DNA from: Ignavibacteriota bacterium
Lineage (GTDB): Bacteria; Bacteroidota; Ignavibacteria; UBA10030
Assembly: GCA_022616555.1 (NCBI GenBank)
Contig: JAKEEG010000091.1
Coordinates: 1,016 to 65,015 of the forward strand
Direction: 5' to 3'
Length of the DNA: 64,000 nt
Position 1 is the stretch's first letter. The number at the start of each line of letters is the position of its first letter. A program made the position numbers and the translations under genes. Below, one piece after another: positions 50,393-61,577 of this stretch. Under the pieces are notes generated by a model. That model was not told where the DNA came from and did not search any database. It was given only the letters and a program-made list of their open reading frames with translations.

Positions 50393-52545
50393 TACTTTGC
50401 CGTCAACTTCACCGTCCCAACCTTTGCCATCGTGCGCAAATAGGCGGTCAAATCTGCGAGCGGCAGCGGCTCGAACTCGCCGGAGAGGAAATCGCGAATC
50501 TCCAATATGGATTTATTCTGCCCGAGAAGAATATTCAATTCTGCGCGCATGTGCTGGGGAATGATGTTCAGCGTCGCTCGCTCTACATCCGTAAGGTTCG
50601 CACGGGCGATTGCCGCCTGTTGTCCGCCAAATCCGCCACCACCACCCTGCGTCTGCACGCGCTCGACTATCACCTTACCGGCTTCCTTTTCTTCCGAACT
50701 CATTGCAATTTTCGCAACGGAGGTCTTACGTATCTCAGCTTGCATGCGGTAAAATGCATCGACCTCGTTTTGCAATGTCGTCGCGCGTTTGTCAATCAGC
50801 GATTCGAAGCTTGCAAGCTTTTTCTGTGCGTCTGACGGCTTTGCAAATAAGACGCTTGCCGAACGGATGACACCCTTCTCGACTTCCGCCTGATGGCGGA
50901 CGGCGTTTTGCGCTTCTTTATATGAGTGTGACAACTGCGAGCCGTCGGCAATATCCGTCATGTAGCTGAATCCCTTGCGCTGCGCGGCACCCATGCGTTC
51001 GGAGCCGCGTGTGAATGACTCACCCGCAACACGCATTGCCATCGCATCATCTGCTGAGGCAATCGCGCTGAATGCACCGATTCCCACAACCGCCACACGC
51101 TTGAACTGCGTCGGATCCAGCTTATCGGGCGTATCCTGCGAGGAGTGATACCACATATCTGGCCACGTCACGAACATCACCGCGGGGATGCCGTGCTGCA
51201 TGTACGTCACATGGTCGCTCGAGCCGTAATGTTTGTCGATTTTGATATAGAACGCATCCTGACTACCGTTCGGGGCATGGACGGGCAAAGACGGGCGATA
51301 ACCGTTGGCGCGGTATCGCACGCGCTCGCGGTTTGTTTCGGCAACAAACTCCATAAAGCTCGCGCAGATGTCGTTCAAGTACGAGGGGAACGTATCCGGC
51401 GTGCGCTGGAGTATCCAGAAGCTGCTGCTCGTCGAAAGCCGCAAGCCCTCCATATCGAAATTCAAATCGGCGATGGCTTTGGCTTCGATATCCTTATGCG
51501 CGTTGAGCCATGCGTTGGTGCCGCTGATTTCCGGAACCCAGAGAAAATGAATCGCCCGCTTCGGCGGGGGGAGCTTGCCTTCTTTCACCAATCGAATATA
51601 TGCACGGCCCATTTCGAGCGTGACAGCGCAACCGGAGTTGTCGTCGTTTGCTCCTTGTTTGATGTAGCCTTCATACAAATGCGCGGAAACCATCACCACC
51701 TGATCAGAACTGCCGTCTCCTGGAATTGTCGCGTGGACGGTTTCCAACTCGCCGGGAAACGTCTCAGCCTTAATAATAGAGCGGAGAACGACTTTTTGCC
51801 CTCTGCCAAGATAGCCCACAATCTCGCGAGCAACACGCGGAGCAATCACCCAGCCAAATCCCGCTTCCTTTCCTTCCGGGGCGTTCGCTGAGATGCCCGA
51901 AGACAAAATTTCATCCGGATAGCTATCAGCTCGCAGCGATGTGTAACTTACGACTCCAGCAGCACTGCGGTCGAATACTCCCAGCCGCTGCAATGTATTT
52001 GGACTTGTTGAGCCGAGCACGAGCTTGCCCTTGACGTCCTTTCGCGCATAGTCCTCTTCACGAGCGCCGATGCCGACATCGACCACCTCGGCTGTCACGT
52101 CGCCGGACAAGCTATTTCCAGCAAGTGAAATGGCAACGTCATAGATGTCGTACAGTTTCTTCACCACCGGTTCGACCATCCACAACTCGCCCTGGCTTGG
52201 CTGCCACAAGCGGTTTTGCGCGGGGAATGATTCTATCTCCACGTTACTGAAGCCGTACTCCTTTGCATATTTCGCCATGACTTCGCTCTCGCGAAAATGT
52301 CCTTCGTACTCCGATTTCGGTCGCACGCGTGGATACGGAACAAGCTCCAGCACGTGGTGCATTGCCCTTTCGCCGGAAGCTTCGTTGATGATCGCACGCA
52401 TTTGCTCGTGAGAGAGCAGCGTACGGTCTTCGGCTTCCTGGGAGAAAGTCTTTGTGATAGCAATAATCATAAGACAAAACGTTAACGACAAACGGAAAGC
52501 GCGTCTCATACCAGTATCCTTTCTATATGATAAGCTTGCGGCCAC
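50392..52545 (-). CDS. Secreted M28 family metallopeptidase with PA-like insert
   Basis: Signal peptide, SAHL, GANDDNSG, VPEISG, NFDM, GSSDH, YHSSQD; likely start at MRRAF. Confidence 0.82.
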   Translation of the reverse strand: MAASLSYRKDTGMRRAFRLSLTFCLMIIAITKTFSQEAEDRTLLSHEQMRAIINEASGERAMHHVLELVPYPRVRPKSEYEGHFRESEVMAKYAKEYGFSNVEIESFPAQNRLWQPSQGELWMVEPVVKKLYDIYDVAISLAGNSLSGDVTAEVVDVGIGAREEDYARKDVKGKLVLGSTSPNTLQRLGVFDRSAAGVVSYTSLRADSYPDEILSSGISANAPEGKEAGFGWVIAPRVAREIVGYLGRGQKVVLRSIIKAETFPGELETVHATIPGDGSSDQVVMVSAHLYEGYIKQGANDDNSGCAVTLEMGRAYIRLVKEGKLPPPKRAIHFLWVPEISGTNAWLNAHKDIEAKAIADLNFDMEGLRLSTSSSFWILQRTPDTFPSYLNDICASFMEFVAETNRERVRYRANGYRPSLPVHAPNGSQDAFYIKIDKHYGSSDHVTYMQHGIPAVMFVTWPDMWYHSSQDTPDKLDPTQFKRVAVVGIGAFSAIASADDAMAMRVAGESFTRGSERMGAAQRKGFSYMTDIADGSQLSHSYKEAQNAVRHQAEVEKGVIRSASVLFAKPSDAQKKLASFESLIDKRATTLQNEVDAFYRMQAEIRKTSVAKIAMSSEEKEAGKVIVERVQTQGGGGGFGGQQAAIARANLTDVERATLNIIPQHMRAELNILLGQNKSILEIRDFLSGEFEPLPLADLTAYLRTMAKVGTVKLTAK

Positions 52546-52548
52546 CCA

Positions 52549-53520
52549 TTACAATAATGCTTCTCCAGATTTGAATAGAACGGTTGAAATTGCCGGAAGT
52601 TCTGCTGCGTTGAAAAATTTTTCCTCCCGTGAACGCAATTCAGAAACGAGAATTGACAATCGTAAAAACGTTAAGGAACTCGCCGTCCCAAAACCGTCCG
52701 TTTCAACCCGCGTCCCCACCAAAGAGATTATGTCAATGTACTTCACATAGGGCTTCATCCAGTCTTGGGTGTTCATCGCTTGAAGAAATTCGTATAGCTC
52801 TCGATAAAACACAAAAACGCCCTGCGATTGTTGCATTGGAACAATATCCATTTCTCCGAAATCCATCGTCACGGTTATTGTGCGTTCAGCGGGATTGACG
52901 AGCACCGTTTTCACTTGCGTATAGTACGCATGGGCGGCGCTACGCATGCTATTGATTTTCCATGAATCTGAAATATTTGTCGATTCGCTTTTCTCGAGCG
53001 CGTTCAGCTCCTGTTGCAGGTGCGGCGTCACGATTCGCCGATTTTGCAGCAGCTCCATCTCACGTTGAATATCTTCCGTTCTTTGTTGCTGTTTCGGCGG
53101 CGCTTTTTCTTTCTGCTGTAGCTCCGTCCCGGTCACTTCTTTATACACTTTTCGCATTTCAAGCTTTGCCAACTCATCGCTGAGATTGATTCTTTTCCCG
53201 GCAATGTTATCAAACACCAACGTTTTCTTCAGGAAGGGAATCATATGCGGCAGGTCGAGAAACTCAGGGCTAACGTTGTTCAGATACATCAGAAATCCCG
53301 CACCAACAATGACAAACGCTAACAGGAAGATAGACCCCGTCGCAGTCCGGAACGCACCATACACGATTAACAAGACACTACAGAGCATAAGCCACGTTAA
53401 TATCCCTGCGACAGTCGTCGCCCAGTCGGGTGCAGACTCGTGCTCCCATAGGTTTTTCAAATACCTCAGCGGCACGTAAAACAGTAAAAACAACAATGCA
53501 CCGAATATGATGTAGTTCAT
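52549..53520 (-). CDS. Hypothetical membrane protein (3 N-terminal TM helices plus soluble domain)
   Basis: 323-aa ORF tightly packed in the operon; family not recognised. Confidence 0.7.
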   Translation of the reverse strand: MNYIIFGALLFLLFYVPLRYLKNLWEHESAPDWATTVAGILTWLMLCSVLLIVYGAFRTATGSIFLLAFVIVGAGFLMYLNNVSPEFLDLPHMIPFLKKTLVFDNIAGKRINLSDELAKLEMRKVYKEVTGTELQQKEKAPPKQQQRTEDIQREMELLQNRRIVTPHLQQELNALEKSESTNISDSWKINSMRSAAHAYYTQVKTVLVNPAERTITVTMDFGEMDIVPMQQSQGVFVFYRELYEFLQAMNTQDWMKPYVKYIDIISLVGTRVETDGFGTASSLTFLRLSILVSELRSREEKFFNAAELPAISTVLFKSGEALL

Positions 53521-53547
53521 ATCGAGGCTCTAAGCATGTTTGCTGAT

Positions 53548-55200
53548 TTACTTCCTCTCCCAGATAATCTTCCCTCCCAGGACTGTCATATCCACCAGTA
53601 CGTTTTCAATCTTCACGGGATCGATTTTTAAAATGTCATCGGACAGCACCACCAAATCCGCCAGCTTGCCAACTTCAATAGAGCCTTTTGTGTTTTCCTC
53701 GAACGCGGCGTAGGCGTTGTCGATCGTATAGGCGCGGACAGCTTGCTTGACGTTTATCTTTTGTTCTGGAATCCAGCCGTTCGGCGTCGCTCCATCGAGC
53801 GTGCGGCGCGTAACGGCGGCATAAATACCGAGCAAGGGGTTTAGCGGCGCAACAGTCCAATCGCTGCCGAAGGTCAATCTCGCCTTGTTGTCCAGTAACG
53901 ATTTAAACGCATATGTCGTCTTGCAGCGCTCGTAGCCGATGCGCTTTTCCGCCCAGCGGCCGTCGTCGATTGCATGGTACGGCTGCATGGAGGCAATAAC
54001 GCCCAACTCGGCAAAACGTTTCAAATCTTTTGGGTGTAAATGTTGAGCGTGTTCGATGCGGAAACGGCGGTCCCATTTGGGATTCGTCTTGATGATTTTT
54101 TCGTAGAGGTCAAGAATCAAACTATTCGCGCTATCACCAATGGCGTGTATGGACAATTGCAATCCCGCTTTATCAGCTGCGAGCGCCCATTGCTCCAGCC
54201 TTCCGTCCTGCACAATATCCATTGCCAAGCCTCTTGTGGAAGGGTCTGATGTAAATGGCTCAAAGAACAATGCGGTAGAAGAACCGAGCGAGCCGTCGGT
54301 ATAAGCTTTCAGCGAGCCGATGCAAATCCACTCATCGCCGAACGGAACTCTAGCGCCTCCAGCTGCGAGTTGTTCCCATTGCGAAATCGGCAGCCGGCAG
54401 TAGAACCGTGCCGTAAGCTCGCCACGCTCTTTGAGAGTTTCATATGTGCGGAGGTCTGCAGTAGAGGACATATCCTGAATGCTTGTCACTCCCAACCGCC
54501 TTGCCTCCGCTAATGCAAGTCGCGCTGCTTCGAGCATTTCTTCTTCTGTCGATTCGGGGATGATGGCATACACCGCGCTCATCGCTTCGTCTTTCAACAC
54601 GCCAGTTGGCTCTCCAGTCTTTGGATCTTTGACAATTGTGCCGCCCGGGGGATCGGGAGTGTCTTTCGTTATTCCGGCGAGCTTCAGTGCATGGGTGTTC
54701 GCCAGCGCCATATGTCCGTCGTATCTATTTACCATCGCCGGCGTTTTCGTTGTGTAGCGGTCGATGAGTTCCTTTGTTGGAAGTTGCGCACTCGCCCAGC
54801 GGTCATGGTCCCAATCGCCGCCGGTAATCCACCTATCGGGATATTTTTCCGCCCGCTCTTTTATCAGACGCGCAAATTCCGCCTCATCGTTGGCATATTT
54901 TAAATCGACGCTCTGTAGTTGAAATCCTCCGCTCATAAAATGTGTATGGTTGTCGATGAACCCGGGGAGCATGCGCCTGCCCTTCAGATCTACAACTTTC
55001 GTCTGGGCACCGATGTATCGTTTTACCTCGGCGTCAGTACTGACAGCAAGAATTTTTCCATCCAGCACGGCAACCGCTTGAGCTTCGGGCTGTGAATCGT
55101 TTACCGTCCACACGTTTGCGTTCACGAACACAATATCCGCCTGCTGCTGTTGTGAAACCGCAGTGAGAGAAAGCAGAAACAGCATGGCAATTATTCGCAT
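53548..55200 (-). CDS. Secreted amidohydrolase (Amidohydro_3, YtcJ-like)
   Basis: PGFIDNHTH, KAYTDGSLGS, HAIGD, RIEHAQ, FGSDW, GKLADLVVL. Confidence 0.9.
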   Translation of the reverse strand: MRIIAMLFLLSLTAVSQQQQADIVFVNANVWTVNDSQPEAQAVAVLDGKILAVSTDAEVKRYIGAQTKVVDLKGRRMLPGFIDNHTHFMSGGFQLQSVDLKYANDEAEFARLIKERAEKYPDRWITGGDWDHDRWASAQLPTKELIDRYTTKTPAMVNRYDGHMALANTHALKLAGITKDTPDPPGGTIVKDPKTGEPTGVLKDEAMSAVYAIIPESTEEEMLEAARLALAEARRLGVTSIQDMSSTADLRTYETLKERGELTARFYCRLPISQWEQLAAGGARVPFGDEWICIGSLKAYTDGSLGSSTALFFEPFTSDPSTRGLAMDIVQDGRLEQWALAADKAGLQLSIHAIGDSANSLILDLYEKIIKTNPKWDRRFRIEHAQHLHPKDLKRFAELGVIASMQPYHAIDDGRWAEKRIGYERCKTTYAFKSLLDNKARLTFGSDWTVAPLNPLLGIYAAVTRRTLDGATPNGWIPEQKINVKQAVRAYTIDNAYAAFEENTKGSIEVGKLADLVVLSDDILKIDPVKIENVLVDMTVLGGKIIWERK

Positions 55201-55512
55201 GGATATTCCTTACTCTATGTTGGGGATTGGTCTGATGGCGCAAAAGATAGGGAGAGATTCACTCGGATGAAACTCGCACAACATTTTTTAGCCTGATTCA
55301 AAAAAAGAAGCGTGATTGCCTCTATTGTAGAAGTTACAAAATTCGGAGTGGATTCTACTTTTGAGAACTCGATTACACAAGCAATTAACCTGTTGTAATA
55401 TATGCAGTTACGGCATATCTCATAAAAAAGCACCGTTTCTGGCATGTTTGGTATGAGGTTGGAGCTTCTTGGTTCCAGAACCCAACATTAATCCGGGGAA
55501 GGAAAGTACACA

Positions 55513-56271
55513 TTGGAACTCACAACTTCACATATCAAAAGGGCGCTGACGGTAGCAGGATTCACCATTCTGCTGACAGGCGGCCTCCATGCCCAGGCAA
55601 AATTATCGCTGACGAAAAGCGCCTCAAACACAGTGTCGGTAAACCTTGAAAATAGCGTATCCGTCGCCGCATTACAATTTACGGTCAATGGCTCGTCAAA
55701 CCTGACTCTAAACAGTGCCGGAAAAGCAGGCAGAACACAAGATGCAAGCTGGCAGATACACCAACACCAGGTAAACGATTCGACAGTCAATGTCGTCATT
55801 CTCAACGCGGGGCTCGTGAATATCCCGACAGGCGAAGGCGCGGTTGCTGAGTTTTCATTCTCCGATAACGGATCGGCTCATGTTTCCTACGCCACGTTGA
55901 GCAGAGTCGTGGTAGCAAACCAATTCGCTCGGAAGGTTTCTGTAGAGATTTCCAACGTTACGTGGACAAATTCAATTGCACAAGTTGAAGAGAAAGAATT
56001 CACCTTAGAGCAAAATTATCCTAATCCTTTCAACCCTTCAACGACAATTCGCTACAAATTGGAACAGCCGGGACAAGTAACATTGAACATCTATGATATT
56101 ACCGGACGCGAGGTAAAGCGAGTAATGGACCAATACACTTTTGCAGGAACACACAGCGTGACGTGGAATGGACGGGATGAAGCGGGTTCACAAGTTGCGT
56201 CGGGAGTGTACTTCGCACGGCTGAATATGAACGGCAAGTTTGCAACACTTAAGATGAATCTCACAAAATAA
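55513..56271 (+). CDS. T9SS cargo protein: cohesin-like domain plus type A C-terminal sorting domain
   Basis: Signal peptide (LHA/Q), VAALQF cohesin-like strand, LEQNYPNPFNPSTTI..IYDITGREV..WNGRD..SGVYF..KMNLTK. Confidence 0.88.
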   Translation: MELTTSHIKRALTVAGFTILLTGGLHAQAKLSLTKSASNTVSVNLENSVSVAALQFTVNGSSNLTLNSAGKAGRTQDASWQIHQHQVNDSTVNVVILNAGLVNIPTGEGAVAEFSFSDNGSAHVSYATLSRVVVANQFARKVSVEISNVTWTNSIAQVEEKEFTLEQNYPNPFNPSTTIRYKLEQPGQVTLNIYDITGREVKRVMDQYTFAGTHSVTWNGRDEAGSQVASGVYFARLNMNGKFATLKMNLTK

Positions 56272-56309
56272 CCGCTACACCAACTTACCCTTGCATCTCC
56301 CCCCGATGC

Positions 56310-56356
56310 GGAGAGCCGGTCTCCAAGCGTTATCTGGAGCCGGCTCTCACTTTTTG
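56310..56356 (+). terminator. Intrinsic terminator
   Basis: GAGAGCCGG..CCGGCTCTC stem followed by ACTTTTTG. Confidence 0.65.
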
Positions 56357-56371
56357 TAACACACTCGTCAA

Positions 56372-56421
56372 AGATGTCCGACTTTTTGCCCAGCTCGCGC
56401 AACGCTAAAAGTCGGACATCT
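56372..56421. repeat. 15-bp inverted repeat after pyrG (terminator or REP-like)
   Basis: AGATGTCCGACTTTT (56372-86) / AAAAGTCGGACATCT (56407-21). Confidence 0.6.
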
Positions 56422-56425
56422 AAGT

Positions 56426-58175
<1,750 letters not shown>

Positions 58176-58180
58176 CTTTA

Positions 58181-58939
58181 TTACACTGGTATTGAAGTGC
58201 CTTTCAAAACACGAATTACTTTCTCAACATCCGCCTGTGTGTCAACGGGAATGCTATCGAACTCCGTAATGGCTACTTTAATTTTCATCCCCGCCTCAAG
58301 GGCGCGCAACTGCTCCAACTTTTCCGCTTTTTCGAGTGGTGACTCAGGCAGCGATGCGTACTTCAGTAACGATTCGCGGCGATAGACATACAGCCCGATG
58401 TGTTTATAGAACGTGTGATGTGCAAGCCAGCTTTTCGGGTCGCTGCTCTCGCGGATGTGCGGGATAGTCGAACGCGAAAAATACAGCGCGTGCATCGAAC
58501 TGTCGAAGACCGTCTTCACGACATTTGGGTTCGTAAGCTCATCGATTGATTCGATTCGCTTCACAAGCGTTCCGATGTGCGATTCCGGCGCATCCAATAA
58601 CGTCTGCACCGCCTGGTCGATCATCACCGGGTTGATCAGGGGCTCGTCGCCCTGGATGTTCACAAACATATCGCCGCGCACGGTTTCAGCGACAGCCGCA
58701 AGGCGGTCGCTGCCGCTGCGAATGTCAGAAGACGTCATCGCCACCTCGCCGCCGAATGACTGCACAACCGCGGCGATGCGCTCATCGTCCGTAGCAACAA
58801 TCACCTTGTGCAGCAATCGAGCTTTCTGCGCTTGCTCATACACCCGCTGCACCATCGGCTTGCCAAGCAAACCCACAAGTGGCTTCGCCGGAAGCCGCTG
58901 CGAGGCGTATCGTGACGGTATGATTCCTACAATGTGCAT
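58181..58939 (-). CDS. kdsB: 3-deoxy-manno-octulosonate cytidylyltransferase
   Basis: IIPSRYASQRLPAKPL, NIQGDEP, ALYFSR, HIGLY, EKLEQLRALE; start at MHIVG (58939). Confidence 0.95.
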   Translation of the reverse strand: MHIVGIIPSRYASQRLPAKPLVGLLGKPMVQRVYEQAQKARLLHKVIVATDDERIAAVVQSFGGEVAMTSSDIRSGSDRLAAVAETVRGDMFVNIQGDEPLINPVMIDQAVQTLLDAPESHIGTLVKRIESIDELTNPNVVKTVFDSSMHALYFSRSTIPHIRESSDPKSWLAHHTFYKHIGLYVYRRESLLKYASLPESPLEKAEKLEQLRALEAGMKIKVAITEFDSIPVDTQADVEKVIRVLKGTSIPV

Positions 58940-58952
58940 GGTTGTTTTTCGG

Positions 58953-59008
58953 GTAGCCGCAGACTTTATGTCTGCGGTAAAATACCGCAAGCTTAAGCTT
59001 GCGGCTAC
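58953..59008. repeat. GTAG-family REP doublet
   Basis: GTAGCCGCAGACTTTATGTCTGCGG-TAAAATA-CCGCAAGCTTAAGCTTGCGGCTAC: two inverted hairpins with GTAG/CTAC ends. Confidence 0.8.
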
Positions 59009-59011
59009 CGT

Positions 59012-59305
59012 TTATTTCTCCCCAATCACTTTTGGGACTTTAAAAAACTTGTCGTCTTTCGCTGGAGCGTTCTGCAGAGCCTGCTCCTGTGTTAAACCGG
59101 GCTTTACCACATCTTCGCGCAACACATTCTTCAGCTCAATAACGTGCGAAAGCGGCTCGACATTCGACGTGTCCAACTGATTGAGCTTTTCCATATACGC
59201 TAAAATGTCGTTGAACTGGCGCGTGAACTTCTCTTTTTCCTCAGGCGTAAACTCCAGCCGCGCCAGCGCTGCGATTTTCTCAACGTCTTGTATTGTGACG
59301 GACAT
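59012..59305 (-). CDS. gatC: Asp/Glu-tRNA amidotransferase subunit C
   Basis: VEKIAALARL, LDTSNVEP, LREDVV, NAP..FFKVPKVI. Confidence 0.95.
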   Translation of the reverse strand: MSVTIQDVEKIAALARLEFTPEEKEKFTRQFNDILAYMEKLNQLDTSNVEPLSHVIELKNVLREDVVKPGLTQEQALQNAPAKDDKFFKVPKVIGEK

Positions 59306-59352
59306 AGTTTTTACCGTTGTGACAATGTCATCTTATTTCTACTATCGATAAA

Positions 59353-59493
59353 GAAACCCCCTGCGTTCCGATTAGCTATGGCTAATCGGAACACGTCCCC
59401 CTTAGTGAGGGGGACAAAACACTAGCGTGAGGCTCTTCCCCTCCTAACCAAGGAGGGGTGTCCCGCTGTTTTGTAGCGGGACGGGGTGGTTTC
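59353..59493. repeat. Full-length multi-hairpin CCCCT/AGGGG repeat (MITE/REPIN-like)
   Basis: Outer GAAACC..CC / GGGGTGGTTTC stem around four hairpins; homologous to 63816-63946. Confidence 0.8.
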
Positions 59494-59509
59494 CTTCATT
59501 CTATCGATT

Positions 59510-60205
59510 CTATACAAAATTCTTTTCAAGAATTGAATGAACCTGCTCCATCAATTGCATTTCGCTTTCTCTGCTCGCTTCGCCCTGACTTTCAATCGGC
59601 TTATCAATGACGATCTCGATGTCGGTCGCGCGAATGGTAAACGTTCCCTTCGGCAGAATGGCATAGCTGTTCTTAATCGTCACAGGCACAACGGGAACGC
59701 CGGAGCGCGCCGCCAACGCGAACGCCCCCCGCTTGAACGGTTGCAACTTCCCATCCTTTGACCGTGTGCCTTCGGGAAACACTAGAACTGAAGCACCGTT
59801 GCGAATTTTCTTCGCCGCCTCGTCAATCCGGTCCATGGCATCTTTTGCGTTAGCCCGGTCGATAACGATATAATGACCGACATTCAACGACCAGCCCCAA
59901 ATGGGCACGCGGGTAAGTTCCTTTTTTAAGACAATGCGAACGTCGTCCGGAATCGCCGTAAACACCGCAGGTATATCAAACAAACTGGCGTGGTTGGAGA
60001 CATACACGTAGTGCTTCGATGGATCAAGATGCTCCAACCCTTTTGTTGTTACTTTGATGCCGAAAATTTTTAAGGTCATCTTTGACCACCAGCGCGCCGA
60101 ATTGTGGTACGATTTTCCGCTGCGGTCTATAAACCCCAAAAAAATTGCTGCGACAGAAGTCGCAATAGTAATAACAAGCACCGCGCCGATTTTGAGTATC
60201 ATCAT
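59510..60205 (-). CDS. plsC: 1-acyl-sn-glycerol-3-phosphate acyltransferase
   Basis: NHASLFD, IDR, FPEGTRS, FKRGAF. Confidence 0.92.
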   Translation of the reverse strand: MMILKIGAVLVITIATSVAAIFLGFIDRSGKSYHNSARWWSKMTLKIFGIKVTTKGLEHLDPSKHYVYVSNHASLFDIPAVFTAIPDDVRIVLKKELTRVPIWGWSLNVGHYIVIDRANAKDAMDRIDEAAKKIRNGASVLVFPEGTRSKDGKLQPFKRGAFALAARSGVPVVPVTIKNSYAILPKGTFTIRATDIEIVIDKPIESQGEASRESEMQLMEQVHSILEKNFV

Positions 60206-60218
60206 ACCACACCCCTGC

Positions 60219-61418
60219 TCACGAACCCAACCCCTCTACAAAGCGAACTCGTTTCTCAATTGAGGGGTGACTGTAAAATAAAAATTCAACCAACGGGTGC
60301 GGCGATGTATCTGCTAAATTTGTTTTTGCCAACTTCAGCAGCGCGTTGGAAAAAGCCTGCTTGTTCGATGTCAGTTCCACCGCATAACGGTCAGCTTGCC
60401 GCTCGTGCTTGCGAGACATCGCGTTGGAAAGCGGCGACGTTACTAGCGAGTACACCCCGAGCCAGAGTGTAAGAAGCGGCAGCGCCGCAATCTGGTCGAG
60501 AGATGAAAATCCGAACCACGCCAAACTCGTTTGATATAATGCGGCTGTAAGATATAATCCGAGAAAGGTGCTTATTGTGCCGATCACCATCATTGTGCGA
60601 ATGTGTTTCAGCTTGTAATGCCCCAGCTCGTGCGCAAAGACGGTCTCGATCTCCTCATCCGTAAAATTTGCCACCAGCGTATCGCCCAGAATAATGCGTT
60701 TGGATTTCCCGATTCCTGCGAACGCGGCATTCGCTTTCTTGGTATTCTTACTCAAGTTGAACACGAACACGCCTTCGACTCTCATCCCAACCTTCTCGCA
60801 CAGGGCGATGATCTTGGATTTCAAGCCGCCGTCCTCAATCGGTTTGAACTTATAAAACAACGGGAATATCAGCGTAGGACTCAGCCGAGCGAGCACAACG
60901 GAGAAGAAAAACAGCACACCGCCGACGGGCAGCCACCAGAGTTCCTGAAAATTCTTAATACAATAGTAAAACGCCAGTAATACAGGTGTGCCGATGAGAG
61001 AGCCGACAAGCGTGCTTTTCAACCCTTCCCAAATCCATTTCAGAAAAGTCTGATTGGAGAGATTGTATTTATGCTCGAGATAAAATCCGGAGTAATACTT
61101 TAGAGGAAAAGAAATTATCGCTTCTGCCAACCCAAACACGGCGACAAACAATAGCAGGATGATGTAATCGTTTGACGAGAAACCACGAACAAATTCCTCC
61201 ATAGAAACCGAAAATCCCGCCGCCAGCACTGCGAGCGTGAACGCAAAAAAGAACACCGTGCCTGTAATACCAAGCCAAATTTTCTTTTTGCTATATTCTT
61301 TTGCTTGCGGATTCGAGCTGGGGTTTACTTTTGGAGACGGTGATTCGGAGGCTGAGAGAACGGGTGTTGGGTGTCCGCCAGCATGGCGGACAGAAGTCAA
61401 ATTCGATACATCCTGCAT
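60219..61418 (-). CDS. M48 family (Ste24-like) membrane zinc peptidase
   Basis: NAAFAG, RIILGDTL, HELGH, SRKHERQAD, SHP. Confidence 0.92.
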   Translation of the reverse strand: MQDVSNLTSVRHAGGHPTPVLSASESPSPKVNPSSNPQAKEYSKKKIWLGITGTVFFFAFTLAVLAAGFSVSMEEFVRGFSSNDYIILLLFVAVFGLAEAIISFPLKYYSGFYLEHKYNLSNQTFLKWIWEGLKSTLVGSLIGTPVLLAFYYCIKNFQELWWLPVGGVLFFFSVVLARLSPTLIFPLFYKFKPIEDGGLKSKIIALCEKVGMRVEGVFVFNLSKNTKKANAAFAGIGKSKRIILGDTLVANFTDEEIETVFAHELGHYKLKHIRTMMVIGTISTFLGLYLTAALYQTSLAWFGFSSLDQIAALPLLTLWLGVYSLVTSPLSNAMSRKHERQADRYAVELTSNKQAFSNALLKLAKTNLADTSPHPLVEFLFYSHPSIEKRVRFVEGLGS

Positions 61419-61577
61419 TTATTCATAACGTGGAAGGGTGATGTGTTCCGTGGTTTGTCTATAATACAAAACAGAATGCTGAAAAGCAAGGGGGTTTTTA
61501 AATAGGTCAATCTTTTCCCAGTGGCGAGGATAGGGACAACTCTGCTTTCCAAGAGCACGCAAAATGTTCTTACTACC

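Noticed and set aside
59012..59305. gatC without gatA/gatB
   Set aside because: Dispersed gat genes are common; not informative from one window.
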